DNA of 64,000 nt from contig MU054338.1 in assembly GCA_013239625.1 (NCBI GenBank), positions 4,812,724-4,876,723 of the forward strand. Reading direction: 5' to 3'. The notes beneath the pieces are model-generated. The model ran no database searches. It saw only the letters and a list, made by a program, of their open reading frames with translations, and was not told where the DNA came from. The translations under genes were made by a program, and so were the position numbers. The DNA comes from Lama guanicoe (lineage: Eukaryota). Below are positions 39,786-50,602 of the stretch, one piece after another; within the stretch, counting starts at the first letter, position 1, and the number at the start of each line of letters is the position of its first letter.

Positions 39786-39907
39786 GCTCCGAGCCCAAGC
39801 CATGTGTCCAGCCCTTTGACTCTGAAACTGCAGACTCGGCCACCAAGAGCAGCAGGGGAGCCTGGAGGCCTGAGCACCCAGACTTCTCCGCCATGGGGGA
39901 TGAGCAG
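39786..39907 (+). CDS. ARHGEF18: ARHGEF18 long-isoform exon carrying start MGDEQ (ATG 39893); upstream 107 nt is 5'UTR or in-frame extension
   Basis: pyrimidine tract + CGCAG acceptor; Kozak gccATGG; MGDEQ matches recalled human MGDDQ; ends at GC donor CAG|GCAGGT. Confidence 0.85.
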
Positions 39908-41629
39908 GCAGGTGTCTGGCTGCTGAGACGGGCAAGAGCTGATGTCGCCAATGGCAGCAAGTACACTTTATTTAGCACTTGCATTTTACCAGGCACTTTG
40001 TGTGCATTATTTTGGGGAACCCTCATTAAAACCTGGCGGAGCAGGTTACTATCTCATTTTACATCTGAGGAAATGAATCCTTCCTGGAACAAAAGAGGGA
40101 AGGTGGGATGAGTGGGGGAAGAGTTGGTGGATGGATGGAAGGAAGGACTGACAGAAGGGATGGATGGATGGATGGGTGAGTGGATGTAAGGAAGAAACAG
40201 TGAAGGGAAGGAAGTGAGGAATGGATGGATAGAAGGGTGGTTAAATGGGTGCATGGGTGGGTAGGTGGATGAATGAAAAGGGAAGAAAAAGCTCCCATGG
40301 GGAGCTCTGAGCTAGAACAGCCCTGCGGGGTGGTCCCAGACCAGGCTGAGGTGGCCAGGTCATTACTTCCCCACATCAATCAGTTATGGCCCATGGGCTG
40401 CCCAGGAAGGGATGTGACTTCCCAGAAGGGGGCTGACAGCTGACAGCCATCTGCTGACAGCCCTCCCAGCCTCTGGGACAGCATGTCCTCACTCATTTTA
40501 CCTGCACAGCAATCCTACAAGAAGGCAGCATTACACCCATTTTAGAGATGAGAAAACTGAGGCTCAGAGAGGGTTAGGAACTTGCCTGGGGTCACAGTAA
40601 GCTGATAAAAGCTTGCAGAGATACAAACCTTAATTAAGGCCTTTCTATCATTCAAGCCAAACCATCTGCCCCCGTTATTTGCTGTTTTATTTGAAACCAA
40701 TTCCCTTTTTACATGATGAAATGGAATCAATATGCTTGAAGTTGCTTTGGTGTGCGATTTTTTCCCAATATACAATGAGATAAATAGCTATTTAGATTTT
40801 TTTTTTAATGTTTATCCCTGTACTATCTAAATCTGCACGCGGTAAGACTTTCTGCAGAGTGGGAATTCCTGGGGCGTCTCGCCTCTGGGTCTGCCAGGTC
40901 GGGGTTGGGGGGAAACCCATCCCCCAAGTTTCCCCAGGGTCCAGGCAGCAGGATTCTGGATTCATTGCATCCTCTCTGGGGTGTCGGGGCCAGCGTAAGA
41001 TGTTTAGTCAGATGCCTGGAAAGGCCCCCAATGGGCAGGCTCCCATTTCTCACCCAGGAGCTGTTGGAGGAAAGGGACGAGCTCGCCAGCAAAGGATGAA
41101 GCCACGTCCCCACCCCCTCCCTGTGCCTGCTGCAGAGAGCTGGGACAGCCTGTACCGCAGCTGCCCACCAGCCCTCCACTCAAAGCCCTGGCCGGGTTCC
41201 CACTTCTGCCTCCTGTGAGGGAGGCCAGATACGGGAGAAGGGGGTGGGGATGGCCAGCCCAGGCCAAGAGGCTGTCCTGACGTGTTTATATTTACAGGCA
41301 GATAAAAACCAGAGACACGAGGAAACCTTTGGGGCCATGGCAGAGGAGACAGGAGTCAGTAGAGGTTGTTCATGCACCAGCGATGGGTTGGAGTGATGTG
41401 GGGGAGGCTGCCGCTGAAGTCACAGGAGGGCCAGGGGAACCAGGGCCAGAGGTGTGGGTATTTGGACAGAGACTGAAGAAGAGAGATCCTTGTATATGAA
41501 AGACACAGGACGCAGCAGCAGGCAGAGAGGGATTAGCCAGGGACCTGGGAGGGAAACAAGATTAGAGGATGCAAAGGTGGGATGCAAGAAGGGGACACTG
41601 GAAAACAGTGGGCAGAGGCTCCAAAAATC

Positions 41630-42225
41630 AATCAGAGAGTTGCAGTAAGATCCAGCAACCCAGCTGCTGGGGATCTACCCAAAAGAGGTGAAGGCAGGGA
41701 CTCAGACACACGTCTTTCCGTGTTCACAGCAGCATTCTCCACGAGAGCCAAAAGGTGAAGGCAGCTCAGGTGTCCATCAGAGAGTGAATGGATAAACAAA
41801 ATGTGGTTTTGTTTATAGCCATGCCATATGGTCCATCCATACGATGGAATGTTACCCAGCCTTCAAAAGGAAGGCAATTCTGACACCTGCTAGAATTCGG
41901 ATGAACTTGAAAACATTATGCTAAGTGAAATAAACTAGTCACAAAAGGACAAATGTGGTGCAATTCCACTAACATGGAATGTGCCCTAGAACAGGCACAT
42001 TCAGTGAGACAGTAGATTTGAGAGTACCAGGAGCTGGCGGAGGAGAGAACGGAGTGGGTGGGTAAGGACCTTCTTTGGAGGATGATAAAAAGAAAAAAGT
42101 TCTGGAGATGGATGGTGGTGATGTTTGCATCACAGTGTGAATGTCCTTAATGCTACTGGATTGTACACTTAAGAATGGTTAAAATGGTGGATTTTGTGTT
42201 AGGTATATTTTACTATAATAAAAAA
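41630..42225 (+). mobile_element. L1MB-like 3' end
   Basis: gatccagcaa...gaaaacattatgctaagtgaaataa...aatggttaaaatgg. Confidence 0.8.
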
Positions 42226-42359
42226 CGCAGGAGTCAAAACTATGGAGAACTTCAAGGCGGAGACCCTGCATAGCCCTTATAACGCCCCTACTCACCAAGC
42301 CTTAGCAGGAACCTCCCTCCCCTTAGAAAGACTGGCCATGACCAGCCAAATGGTCCCGG

Positions 42360-42520
42360 GGGACGCTTGCAAAATTGAGCAAATAAAATTCCAGGACACA
42401 CAGTCAGACTTGAATGTCAAATATTGCAATGTTTGGAATATGCTTATACTAGAAAAAAAATTAGTTGTTTACCTGAAACTCGAATTTAACTTGGAATCCT
42501 GCATTTTCTCTGGCAACGGT
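42360..42520. mobile_element. MER53-like DNA transposon
   Basis: gcaaataaaa..caggacac.cagt...ttgtttacctgaaa.tc.aatttaact.gg..tcctg.atttt.tctggcaac; fragment also at about 19017-19080. Confidence 0.6.
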
Positions 42521-43156
42521 ACCCTAGAGCAGGAAGGTGGGCGTCTTTTGTAGAGTTTATGAAGGGGGTCAGGTCCGTTCCGTGGGCCCTTCAGTCCACC
42601 ATTTGGGACAGTCCGTCAAAGGCTGCCTGAGAGCACATAGATGCACGGGGCCACATCTCAGGGTTGGTTTTGCATGGGCCAGTAGGAGAGGCCCAGACAC
42701 CTACCGACTGAACCCTATCTGAGGACACTGCTAACAAAGACCAGGAAAGGGACAGTCCCTGTCCTGCAGATCCTGACAGCCCAAAGGAGGGACACCTTGT
42801 CTAGACTGAAGGAGTCAGGAAGGCAGCTTGGAGGGCACACCCAAGCTGGGTTTTGAAGGATGAATAGGAGTTCACCAGGCCACCTCTGGGTGGCCAGGGA
42901 GAAGAAGTTCTCCAAGGAGAGGAAAAGGCAGGTGCCCTAGCTGGAGGGGGGAAAAGAGACAAATAGAATGGAAGGGAGAGAGAAGGGAAAGGTGAAGGAA
43001 GCAGAGGGAAAAGAAACAGAGAAGGAAGAGAGTGAAAAAGAGCATAAAGCTGGGAACCAGACAGATCTGAGCTTGAGGCTGGCTGCCTGTGTGGCCCAGA
43101 CAGGTCCTTTTTCTTCCCTGAGCCTCAGTCTCCTGATCTGGAAAGTGGGATAACAA

Positions 43157-43169
43157 CGCCCCCTGGTGG
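43157..43169 (-). promoter_or_regulatory. CTCF motif inside a MIR fragment
   Basis: reverse complement CCACCAGGGGGCG, directly after MIR core ctgagcctcagtctcctgatctggaaagtgggataa. Confidence 0.55.
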
Positions 43170-43573
43170 AGCTGCCGTGCAATTAGGGATACCGCCCGTG
43201 TGGTCCTGGGTGGCGATTTGCCGATGCGCTCTGGCATCGGATGCTGCATCATGGACCGCCTCTGTGTATCCTGCGTGTCTGACAGCGCCTGGCACGTGGC
43301 TGCCCCGCGGGTGGGTGGGAGCAGGAGGCCGCAGGGGGCCAGAAGCAGGAGGCAGCCGGCCCTGGGGCCCTCTGGGCTGTGCTGACGAGCTGCGGCTTCT
43401 GCTGCCGGGGAGGGGAAGGTACTGGAGGGGATTTAGGAGCTCAGAGGTTCCAGGCTACATCGGATAGAACTGAGCCGGGGGAGGTGAGCGAGGTTCAGGG
43501 TCCAATGCTGTCGGGTCTTACCTAACATTTTGACAATTTGTTTCATGGTGAATCTCCTTGCATTACTTTGAGA

Positions 43574-43613
43574 TTTTCTTTTCTTTTCTTTTCTTTTCTT
43601 TTCTTTTCTTTTC

Positions 43614-43644
<31 letters not shown>
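43574..43644. repeat. (CTTTT)n repeat
   Basis: direct reading. Confidence 0.95.
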
Positions 43645-43645
<1 letters not shown>

Positions 43646-43902
43646 AATATTGCATTAAAGTATGATTTTCTTGATTCCTGAGTTTAGGGGCAACCCCTTC
43701 AATTTTGTGCCTGGGACACTCCCCTCCCCTCCCCTAGTCCCGGGCTGGGAGGGAAACTTAGGGTCTGGAAGACCCGTGAGGAGACACCCCCAGCAGCCCA
43801 GGGGAAAGACCGGAGGCCCTGGCACTGCCTGAAATTCCACCAGGAACGTCAAGGATTGCCTCGCTCCGCGGAGCGCTTTTACATACTGCTTCACAGATAC
43901 GA

Positions 43903-44065
43903 TTTTTTCTTTAATTATTATTATTTATTTATTTTGCACGGGGAGGTAATTAAGTTTACTTTTTTTTTTTTTTGGTTGGAGGTACTGGGGATTGAACCCA
44001 GGACCTTGTGCGTGCTACGCATGCGCCCTGCCCCGAGCTAGTGCTACCTCCGCCCCCCCACCCCA
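43903..44065 (-). mobile_element. camelid tRNA-derived SINE (Vic-1-like)
   Basis: ggaggtactggggattgaacccaggacc; TSD CACAGAT(A/G)CGA at 43892 and 44068. Confidence 0.8.
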
Positions 44066-44379
44066 CACACAGATGCGACGCTCAGTGAGCCTTAAAACAA
44101 GGTGCGAGAGCCGTCAGGACAGGCTATCGTGGCCGTTTCATAAGATGATCAGACAGAAACTCAGTAAGGGAGGGGGAAGCCCAGATTTCCGGTGCCTGTC
44201 AGGGGGTGAGGCCTTGAAGGCCTAGGTTAGGCACTGCGTTGAGGGGACGACCCGCCGTTCTCCCCCGCCTGTCGGGAGATGGGCTCTGAGCCCAGGCTGG
44301 ACGGGAGGCGGTGGGCAGGATCTGGGTGCGGAGGGCCTCTGCTGCCCGCCTCAGTGCCTTCTCCCCCGCCTGCCTGCAG

Positions 44380-44639
44380 GAGGAGGCTGCTCCGGGGCTG
44401 CTCGGCGGGAGCGCGGAGGACCTCAGCCTGGACCTGGGAGCCCTTCAGGGCAGCGAGTATCTCCAGGACCTGGGCCTCGGGGTCCTTCCGCTCAGCCAGC
44501 CTGGGGAGGCCAAGGCCAGTGGCCCCCGCAGCAAAGAAGCCGGAGGAGACTCGCCCTTGTCCAGCTCGGCAGGGTCCCACGGCCTGTCTCGGAGACGCAG
44601 CTGGGAAAGGCCGCGGAGCTGCTCAGAGAGCTGGCGGAG
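44380..44639 (+). CDS. ARHGEF18: ARHGEF18 coding exon ([34 protein letters not shown]...[16 protein letters not shown])
   Basis: 260 nt, CTGCAG| acceptor, AG|GTCAGC donor; peptide matches the recalled human long-isoform N-terminus ([22 protein letters not shown]). Confidence 0.93.
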
Positions 44640-45366
44640 GTCAGCCCCCAGCGCGGCCGCCTTCCGCGCACCTTCCCCCGCACCTTCCCCCGCGCCCCCA
44701 ACGCCAATGTGCTTTATCTGAGGCAACCCAAAAGGCCTTCTCCCGAGACACACGCACATCCGCACACAGAGCCCGTGTGAACATACGGATCCGGGTGCAC
44801 GGATGAGCGCGCACACGCTGAATGAGCGTGCACCCGCCCAAACTGAAGACTCTGCGAGCATCTCGCAGGCACACTCGAACACGGATGTGCACACTGGGTG
44901 TACACGCGCACGCTGCGCCCACAGGCATGCACCCTGCCCTGTGCAAATCCACACGGAGAAGTCTAAGCATGTGACTTGCACGTGTGCATGAAGCCCCAGA
45001 TGAACTTGCGATCAAAACGCAGCTGCAAGCTGGGCACCACGCACCCTCCAGTGGCCACCCCAAACAGGGGAGCAGGGTGCTTTAACCGCACCGCCCCCTC
45101 ACTCCCTCCACCCCTCCCAGGTCTCCCCAAACAGAAATCCAGTCTGGTAAAAATAGTGGGAATGCCAGCCACCTGGAACTTCCACAGCGGATCCCCCAAT
45201 CGGGCTCCCCACCGACCCCTCTGAGACTGGGAGATCTGGACCCCTGTCTGTGCCCCGCCCCCAGAGGGCCACCTGCGGGTTCACCCCAGCCCCCACGCCG
45301 GTCACACCAGAGCTGGGGCGCCCCGACCAGGCGGAAGAGACTTGACCTCCTCCCTTCCACCACCAG

Positions 45367-45517
45367 GCTTAGCCTTGATGCCTCAGCTGTGAATGAGGGG
45401 CCCTGTCTCCCCCGGACGCTGGCCAGCCTTGCTCTGAACCTGCCAGGAGGGGGCCTGCAGGCCTGGACCCAAGAATGTCTGTCTGGGGGCGGAACCCCCA
45501 CAGAGCAACCAAGCAAG
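45367..45517 (+). CDS. ARHGEF18: ARHGEF18 coding exon ([51 protein letters not shown])
   Basis: 151 nt, phase 2 to 0, AG/GT boundaries, frame-compatible with neighbours. Confidence 0.92.
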
Positions 45518-46176
45518 GTGGGTGCAACCCACAGCCACCCAGGACGATAACACACCTCTGGGCCCAGGCTCTGCGTGCAGGTGGAAAGGCGTGCCTCACC
45601 CACACCTGGTGGGGCTGACGCATCACAGCAGGGTTGTCCATGGCGGAGCCCATGACTGAGGGGTCGCTGATTCCTGAGACTCCAGCCTAGGCCTGGGGGT
45701 CCTTCGCTGGGGTAAGATCTGCAGAAAGGGACCCTTGGCCACCAATGCAACCCCTGGGCTGGGGAGCAAGGGGATGTCTCTGCATCTTGGCAGCTGGAAG
45801 GAAGCCCTGTCTGAGTCTGGAGTTTGCAACTGGGGACAGCTTATTTCAGGTCTGGGATTCTAGCCCATAGCTGGGGACTGTGGCCCATGCCTGGGGCTCC
45901 TCTGCCCATGACCATGACTTGAGGGGAAATTCCTAGCCGTGGCTGGAATTTGTGGCTCAGAATTCCAAAACTCTGGTCCACAGCTGGGGGTGGTCCTTGG
46001 CAGGACTGCAGCCCAGGGCTGGGGAGGGCATGGCTCTAGCCCTCAGCTGCTATGGGGACTGTGCCCTGTAGCTGGGGGCAGCCCCCGTCTGCAGCTAGAG
46101 GCTGGGGACCCTCGATCTGCAGAGCCTGCCTGCAGCCCCAGCTGCCTCGGCCTAGCGAGATGCTTATTCTCTGCAG

Positions 46177-46291
46177 GAATGTGACAGCCCCGAGAAAAGA
46201 GTGAGGTCACGGTCGGTTCCCTCGTCCTTTGATGAGATCAGCTCCCTGGAAATCTTTCCGGCTTTGGAAGTGCCCACTCCAGCTGTTCAAG
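46177..46291 (+). CDS. ARHGEF18: ARHGEF18 coding exon ([38 protein letters not shown])
   Basis: 115 nt, phase 0 to 1, CTGCAG| and AAG|GTAGCT. Confidence 0.92.
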
Positions 46292-46938
46292 GTAGCTCAA
46301 CCTGGGGATTTCTTTCATTCAAACCAAGGCGGGTAGGAGGTTTCTGCTGCAGGGCCCCCTGGATGGGGCTGGTGGAGGGGTCTTAGGGCAGGAATGGACT
46401 ACGGGCAGGGGAGTAGGGGGCGGTCCTCCAGCACCCGCCCCTCCCCCTCCCCAAGGCCTAGAGCCAGGGTGGACATACCACTGCAATGACCCCCCCAGGG
46501 CTCTCTCTTCTCTGTCTCATTCTCTTTCTTTATCTCCTTCTTTGTCTCTGAATCTCTGTCTTAAGAGCTTGTGTCCCTCGTCAGACAGACCTACATGCCA
46601 AACCGGAATCTACCACTTTCTAGCAAGTCTCTGAGCCTCCCCAGCTTTCTTCATAAGAATGGGACCCTGTCTCCTTAGGGTCACTTGCAGGGTTCACCGA
46701 GTGCACACACGTGTAGAGTGCTTAGCACATCTTAAGCATTCATGAGATGCTGGGGAACTCTTCCATCCGTGGCTCTCTGGCCTCTTCACACCTCTCTTCC
46801 CCCAGAGTGACAAGCCCCACCCAGACAGTCTCCAGTTCTGCAGGGGTGGGGTGGGGTCGGGGTGGGGCACCATGCAGGGCTGGTCCTGCCTCAGGGTCCC
46901 CTCACACCTGTGCCTCTTGGGGTGGGCGCCACTTCCAG

Positions 46939-46996
46939 GCTTGGATCCACCGGTGCTGGAATGCATGGAAAAGGACCACGTGGAGCCAGATCATGT
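46939..46996 (+). CDS. ARHGEF18: ARHGEF18 coding exon ([20 protein letters not shown])
   Basis: 58 nt, phase 1 to 2, TTCCAG| and GT|GTGAGT. Confidence 0.92.
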
Positions 46997-47338
46997 GTGA
47001 GTGTCTGCCGCTTGGTGAGGGAGGGACCCCAGTGGATAGCCGAGGTGTCAAGGCTGAGGGAGGAGGGGCACAGTTTGGAGCATTGCTGATGTAAGTGACC
47101 AGGGCCCGCCATGGTCCCTCTAGGTCCCCCTCTAACCTAGATCTCTCCCACACCCTCCTTCTCCCAGGGGAGGGACCCAAGCTCCTCAGAAAGGTTCTCT
47201 ACAGCATCAGGAGAGGGGTTGGAGCCCCTGGTTAGGAGCTGCATCGGGACCTGGGGCCCGATGGGGCAATCGCAGCCCGTCTTGGGGAATGTCTGTAACC
47301 TGGGCCAACTGTGGGCTGTTTTTGTTCCCCAACCCCAG

Positions 47339-47383
47339 GTTGATTGTCCAGCAGGTCCTTCAAGAACTTCGGCAGTACCATGG
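47339..47383 (+). CDS. ARHGEF18: ARHGEF18 coding exon (LIVQQVLQELRQYHG)
   Basis: 45 nt, phase 2 to 2, CCCCAG| and GG|GTAAGT. Confidence 0.92.
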
Positions 47384-47933
47384 GTAAGTAGGGGAGGAGG
47401 ATGGGTGTGAGGGAACAGGTGTGGGAGGACAGATGAGGAAGACAGGTAGAGGTGGACAGGTGTAGGAGTGGACAGGTATGGAGGACATGTGGGGAACAGA
47501 TATGGGAAGACAGGTGGGGGACAGTTATGGAGAAGCTGGGGAGAAATGGGAGGAAAACGGTGACAGGAGAGGTGGGAGGAGGCATAGGTGCGAGAAAGGA
47601 CAGGGTCCCTGAGTTGGGGAGCAGCATGTCGCCACCAGTCCGTGTGGTCCCTTTGTACAAATGGGGAAAGTTGCTTCTTTTCCAAAATACTGCCATGTTA
47701 GAAAATCTCCCTGACATGCTGATTTTATTCGACCAAGGAGTGTTACCACCCTCTGCTGGAAAACCCACCACAGGGACCACGTACACAAGCCCAGGTGTGG
47801 AGGGATGTTCAGATGAGGCACGGGGTGCACACCTATCAGTGGAAGCCGCGGTGGCGGGAGGGCAGGACAGGAGGCAGCTGGGGGAGGGAGGAAGGGCTGC
47901 TGACCCAGGTGTTGGGCCCCTCTGATCCTGCAG

Positions 47934-48011
47934 GGCCCGGCAGAGGGCTCGCTTGTCGGTCAGCCCTGGAGGAGCCCATTCGAACCTCACCTGGTTTGAG
48001 TTCCTGTCTGA
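47934..48011 (+). CDS. ARHGEF18: ARHGEF18 coding exon (ARQRARLSVSPGGAHSNLTWFEFLSE)
   Basis: 78 nt, phase 2 to 2, CTGCAG| and GA|GTGAGT. Confidence 0.92.
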
Positions 48012-48948
48012 GTGAGTATGCAGAGCTGCAGGTGGGGAGCTCTGTGTGGGCTCTGATCTGGGGGTGGGAGCTGGGACCCCCATCCTCTCAATGGAACCAC
48101 CAGGGCAACGGTGGAGGCGGCAGCTGGCTGGGGGTTCCTCATACACCATGGGAGAGCAGAGGAAGACTTCTTGGGGGAGGTGATGACTTGAGCTGGGTTC
48201 CAGTGGAGGAGTAGGAGTTCACCGACACAGGGAGATGAGGCCGGGGGAAGGAAATAGGTGCCTTTAGGGGAAGGGTATTAGGGTGAGGCTGGGAGGGGCC
48301 AAGAGAGGGAAGTCAGCAGAAGCCACATCATCCCTGGAAAGCTGAGGAGCACAGCTCTCTGGGGAGTGATGGAGAGCGCTGTCGGGCTGGGGTGCAGAGT
48401 GGAGGTGCACAATCTCCCTCCAGGGAACAGATTCTGCAGGGACTGGGTTTGTTTGGCAATGACTTAGCATGTATGTATTAAATGAGGCTGTGCCAGTCAC
48501 CCCAGAGAGGAAGGACACTGACCTGGGGCTGGAGAGTGTTCTGGGAAGAGGGGAGCGGGATTTGAGAGACAGCCCACAGGATCCACAGGGAAGATGGACA
48601 GAATTTCTAGGCTGATTAGACATGGAGGAGGCGTGAGTCGGAGAAAAGAGGCAGGGATAGACAAGGCCCATCTAAGGAGCTCAAACTTGAGACCATGTCA
48701 CATTCCCCTCTGTAAACCCAGTCCCCAAGGTTCCCAGAGCTTTGTCAACATCAGTGAATGTTCGTTGAGTGAATAAGTGAGTGAGAGAAGGAAGGAGCAA
48801 GTTAGGGACCACAGCAGGGATGAAACAGAACAAGGCGGGACCCCAGGGAGACAGATTCCACGTGGATCCCAGGAGAGACCCACAGGACTAGCTCAGAACA
48901 GCCCTCTGGGCCTGCTGCACCCTCCTCACCGAACTTTCCTCCCCGTAG

Positions 48949-49051
48949 GAGCGAGGACAGCACGAGCAAGATAGAGAGGTGTGACAAGAGAGCCAGGGTG
49001 AAACGCAGACTGAGCTCCCTCCGCAGTCGAGTCACCAGACAGAAGGAGAAG
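48949..49051 (+). CDS. ARHGEF18: ARHGEF18 coding exon ([34 protein letters not shown])
   Basis: 103 nt, phase 2 to 0, CCGTAG| and AAG|GTCAGG. Confidence 0.92.
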
Positions 49052-49190
49052 GTCAGGGGGCCGGGCCAGGGGTGGGGGAAGCCTCTCTGCCTTCTTCAGC
49101 TTGTCAAAGTGGCCCTGGCCCCAGAGCCCTGTGACTCGAGGTGGGACTGGATGCTCAGGGCGTTCTAAGGCCCACCTCTGTCCCCAACAG

Positions 49191-49332
49191 GGGAAGAGCC
49201 CAGTGCCTCTGAAGGACAAGGGTCAGGATGCTCAAGAAAGGAAGGAGTGTGTCAACGGGCACCAGCTGGCTCGGGGAACCTTCTCTGGCCACTCCAGCTG
49301 CCCCCTGTGTGGCAAACCCTTTCTGAGCTCTG
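49191..49332 (+). CDS. ARHGEF18: ARHGEF18 coding exon ([47 protein letters not shown]); partial C1-like zinc finger
   Basis: 142 nt, phase 0 to 1, CAACAG| and TG|GTAAGT; total CDS from ATG 39893 is 967 nt and open throughout; next coding exon not seen in the window. Confidence 0.93.
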
Positions 49333-49602
49333 GTAAGTCTGGTGGCCCAGCCTGTCCCTCTGGATGGCAGCCACTTTCTCTGCTTTACTTCCCATAAATC
49401 ACCTTCATTGCCTCCTTCACTCTGTATCATCATCCCATTTCACCCTCTCTAAGCTCTGGCTGACCCTGGCTACCTGGACAGCACCAGCAATCCAATCCTA
49501 AGAGATGGGACCATTTGGTCAGATCAAGGGCCCCCCAAATTCCCTTTAAGTCTCCACTTTTGTCCTTGCAAAGGTCCCTTTGCAAAATCCAGACTTGGGC
49601 AG

Positions 49603-50119
49603 TGTATTAGTTAGCTAGGGCTGCATAACAAAGTATCACCATCTGTTGGGCTTAAACCATGGAAAGGCGTTGTCTCACGGTTCTGGAGAAGTCCGAGATC
49701 AAGGTGTCAGCCATGGTTCTGGAGAAGTCCGAGATCAAGGTGTCAGCCATGGTTCTGGAGAAGTCCGAGATCAAGGTGTCAGCAAAGCTAGACTCCCTCT
49801 GAAGGTGCTGGGGAAGGGTCCATTCCAGGCATCTTTCCTGGCTTCTGGCAGTCTGGTGGCTTGTGGCAGCAGAACTGAAGTGGCATTCACATGGCATTCT
49901 CCAAGTGTGTGTGCCTATGCCTCAAATTCCCCTTTTCATAAGGATACCAGTCAAATCACATTAGGGCCCTTCCCTACTGCAGGATGCCCTCATTCTACTA
50001 AATACATCAGCAAAGACTCTGTTTCCAAATGAGGCCACCTTCTGATATACTGAGGGGGGTTAGGAATGCAACATACGAATGCGGGGTGCAGGGCTGGGGG
50101 CACAATTCAGCCCATAACA
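49603..50119 (-). mobile_element. MLT1 LTR with internal 36-bp triplication
   Basis: tgtattagtt...cacaattcagcccataaca termini; 5-bp TSD GGCA(G/A). Confidence 0.85.
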
Positions 50120-50371
50120 GGCAACTTCCTGCCCCCCGGTGCTCTCTTGGGAGGTAACAGTCCCTACTCAGGTAAGCACACTGGGTTCCAGAGTCCCTAG
50201 AGGGAGGTAACTCCAGTCTTTTCTGAGACTGAGAACTTTGCCTTTCTGAAAACCAGTGCCACTTTGTACGGGGTGGAGAGGAGGCGCTGGCAACGGCGTG
50301 TCAGAAGGATGCGTGTGCAGTTTGCAGGCAGAATTCAGCAATAGGCTGCGGCCAGCAAATTCGGGCAAGTG

Positions 50372-50602
50372 CAGGGTTCCTTGACCTTGACACTGTTGAT
50401 ATTTGAGGCTGGGTATTTCTTTGTTGTGGGGGTCAGTGTGGGGTTAGGTTTCCATGTATTGGAGGATGTTGAGCAGTGTTCGTGGCCTCTGCCCATTAGA
50501 TGCAATTAACACCCCTCCTACGTATCATGACAACCAAAAGTGTCTCCGGATGTGGCCAGATGTCCCCCAGGGAGCCAGAATTGCCCCAGGGAGAATCAGT
50601 GG
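50372..50602. mobile_element. MER20 DNA transposon
   Basis: cactgttgatatttgaggctgg...gacaaccaaaagtgtctcc.ga. Confidence 0.75.

Noticed and set aside
39908..39917. GT donor at 39912 as the productive splice site
   Set aside because: Phase 1 does not match the phase-0 acceptor at 44380 and would frameshift the conserved peptide
47232..48149. 305-aa minus-strand ORF
   Set aside because: Antisense to real ARHGEF18 exons and to a purine-rich degenerate repeat; composition is low complexity
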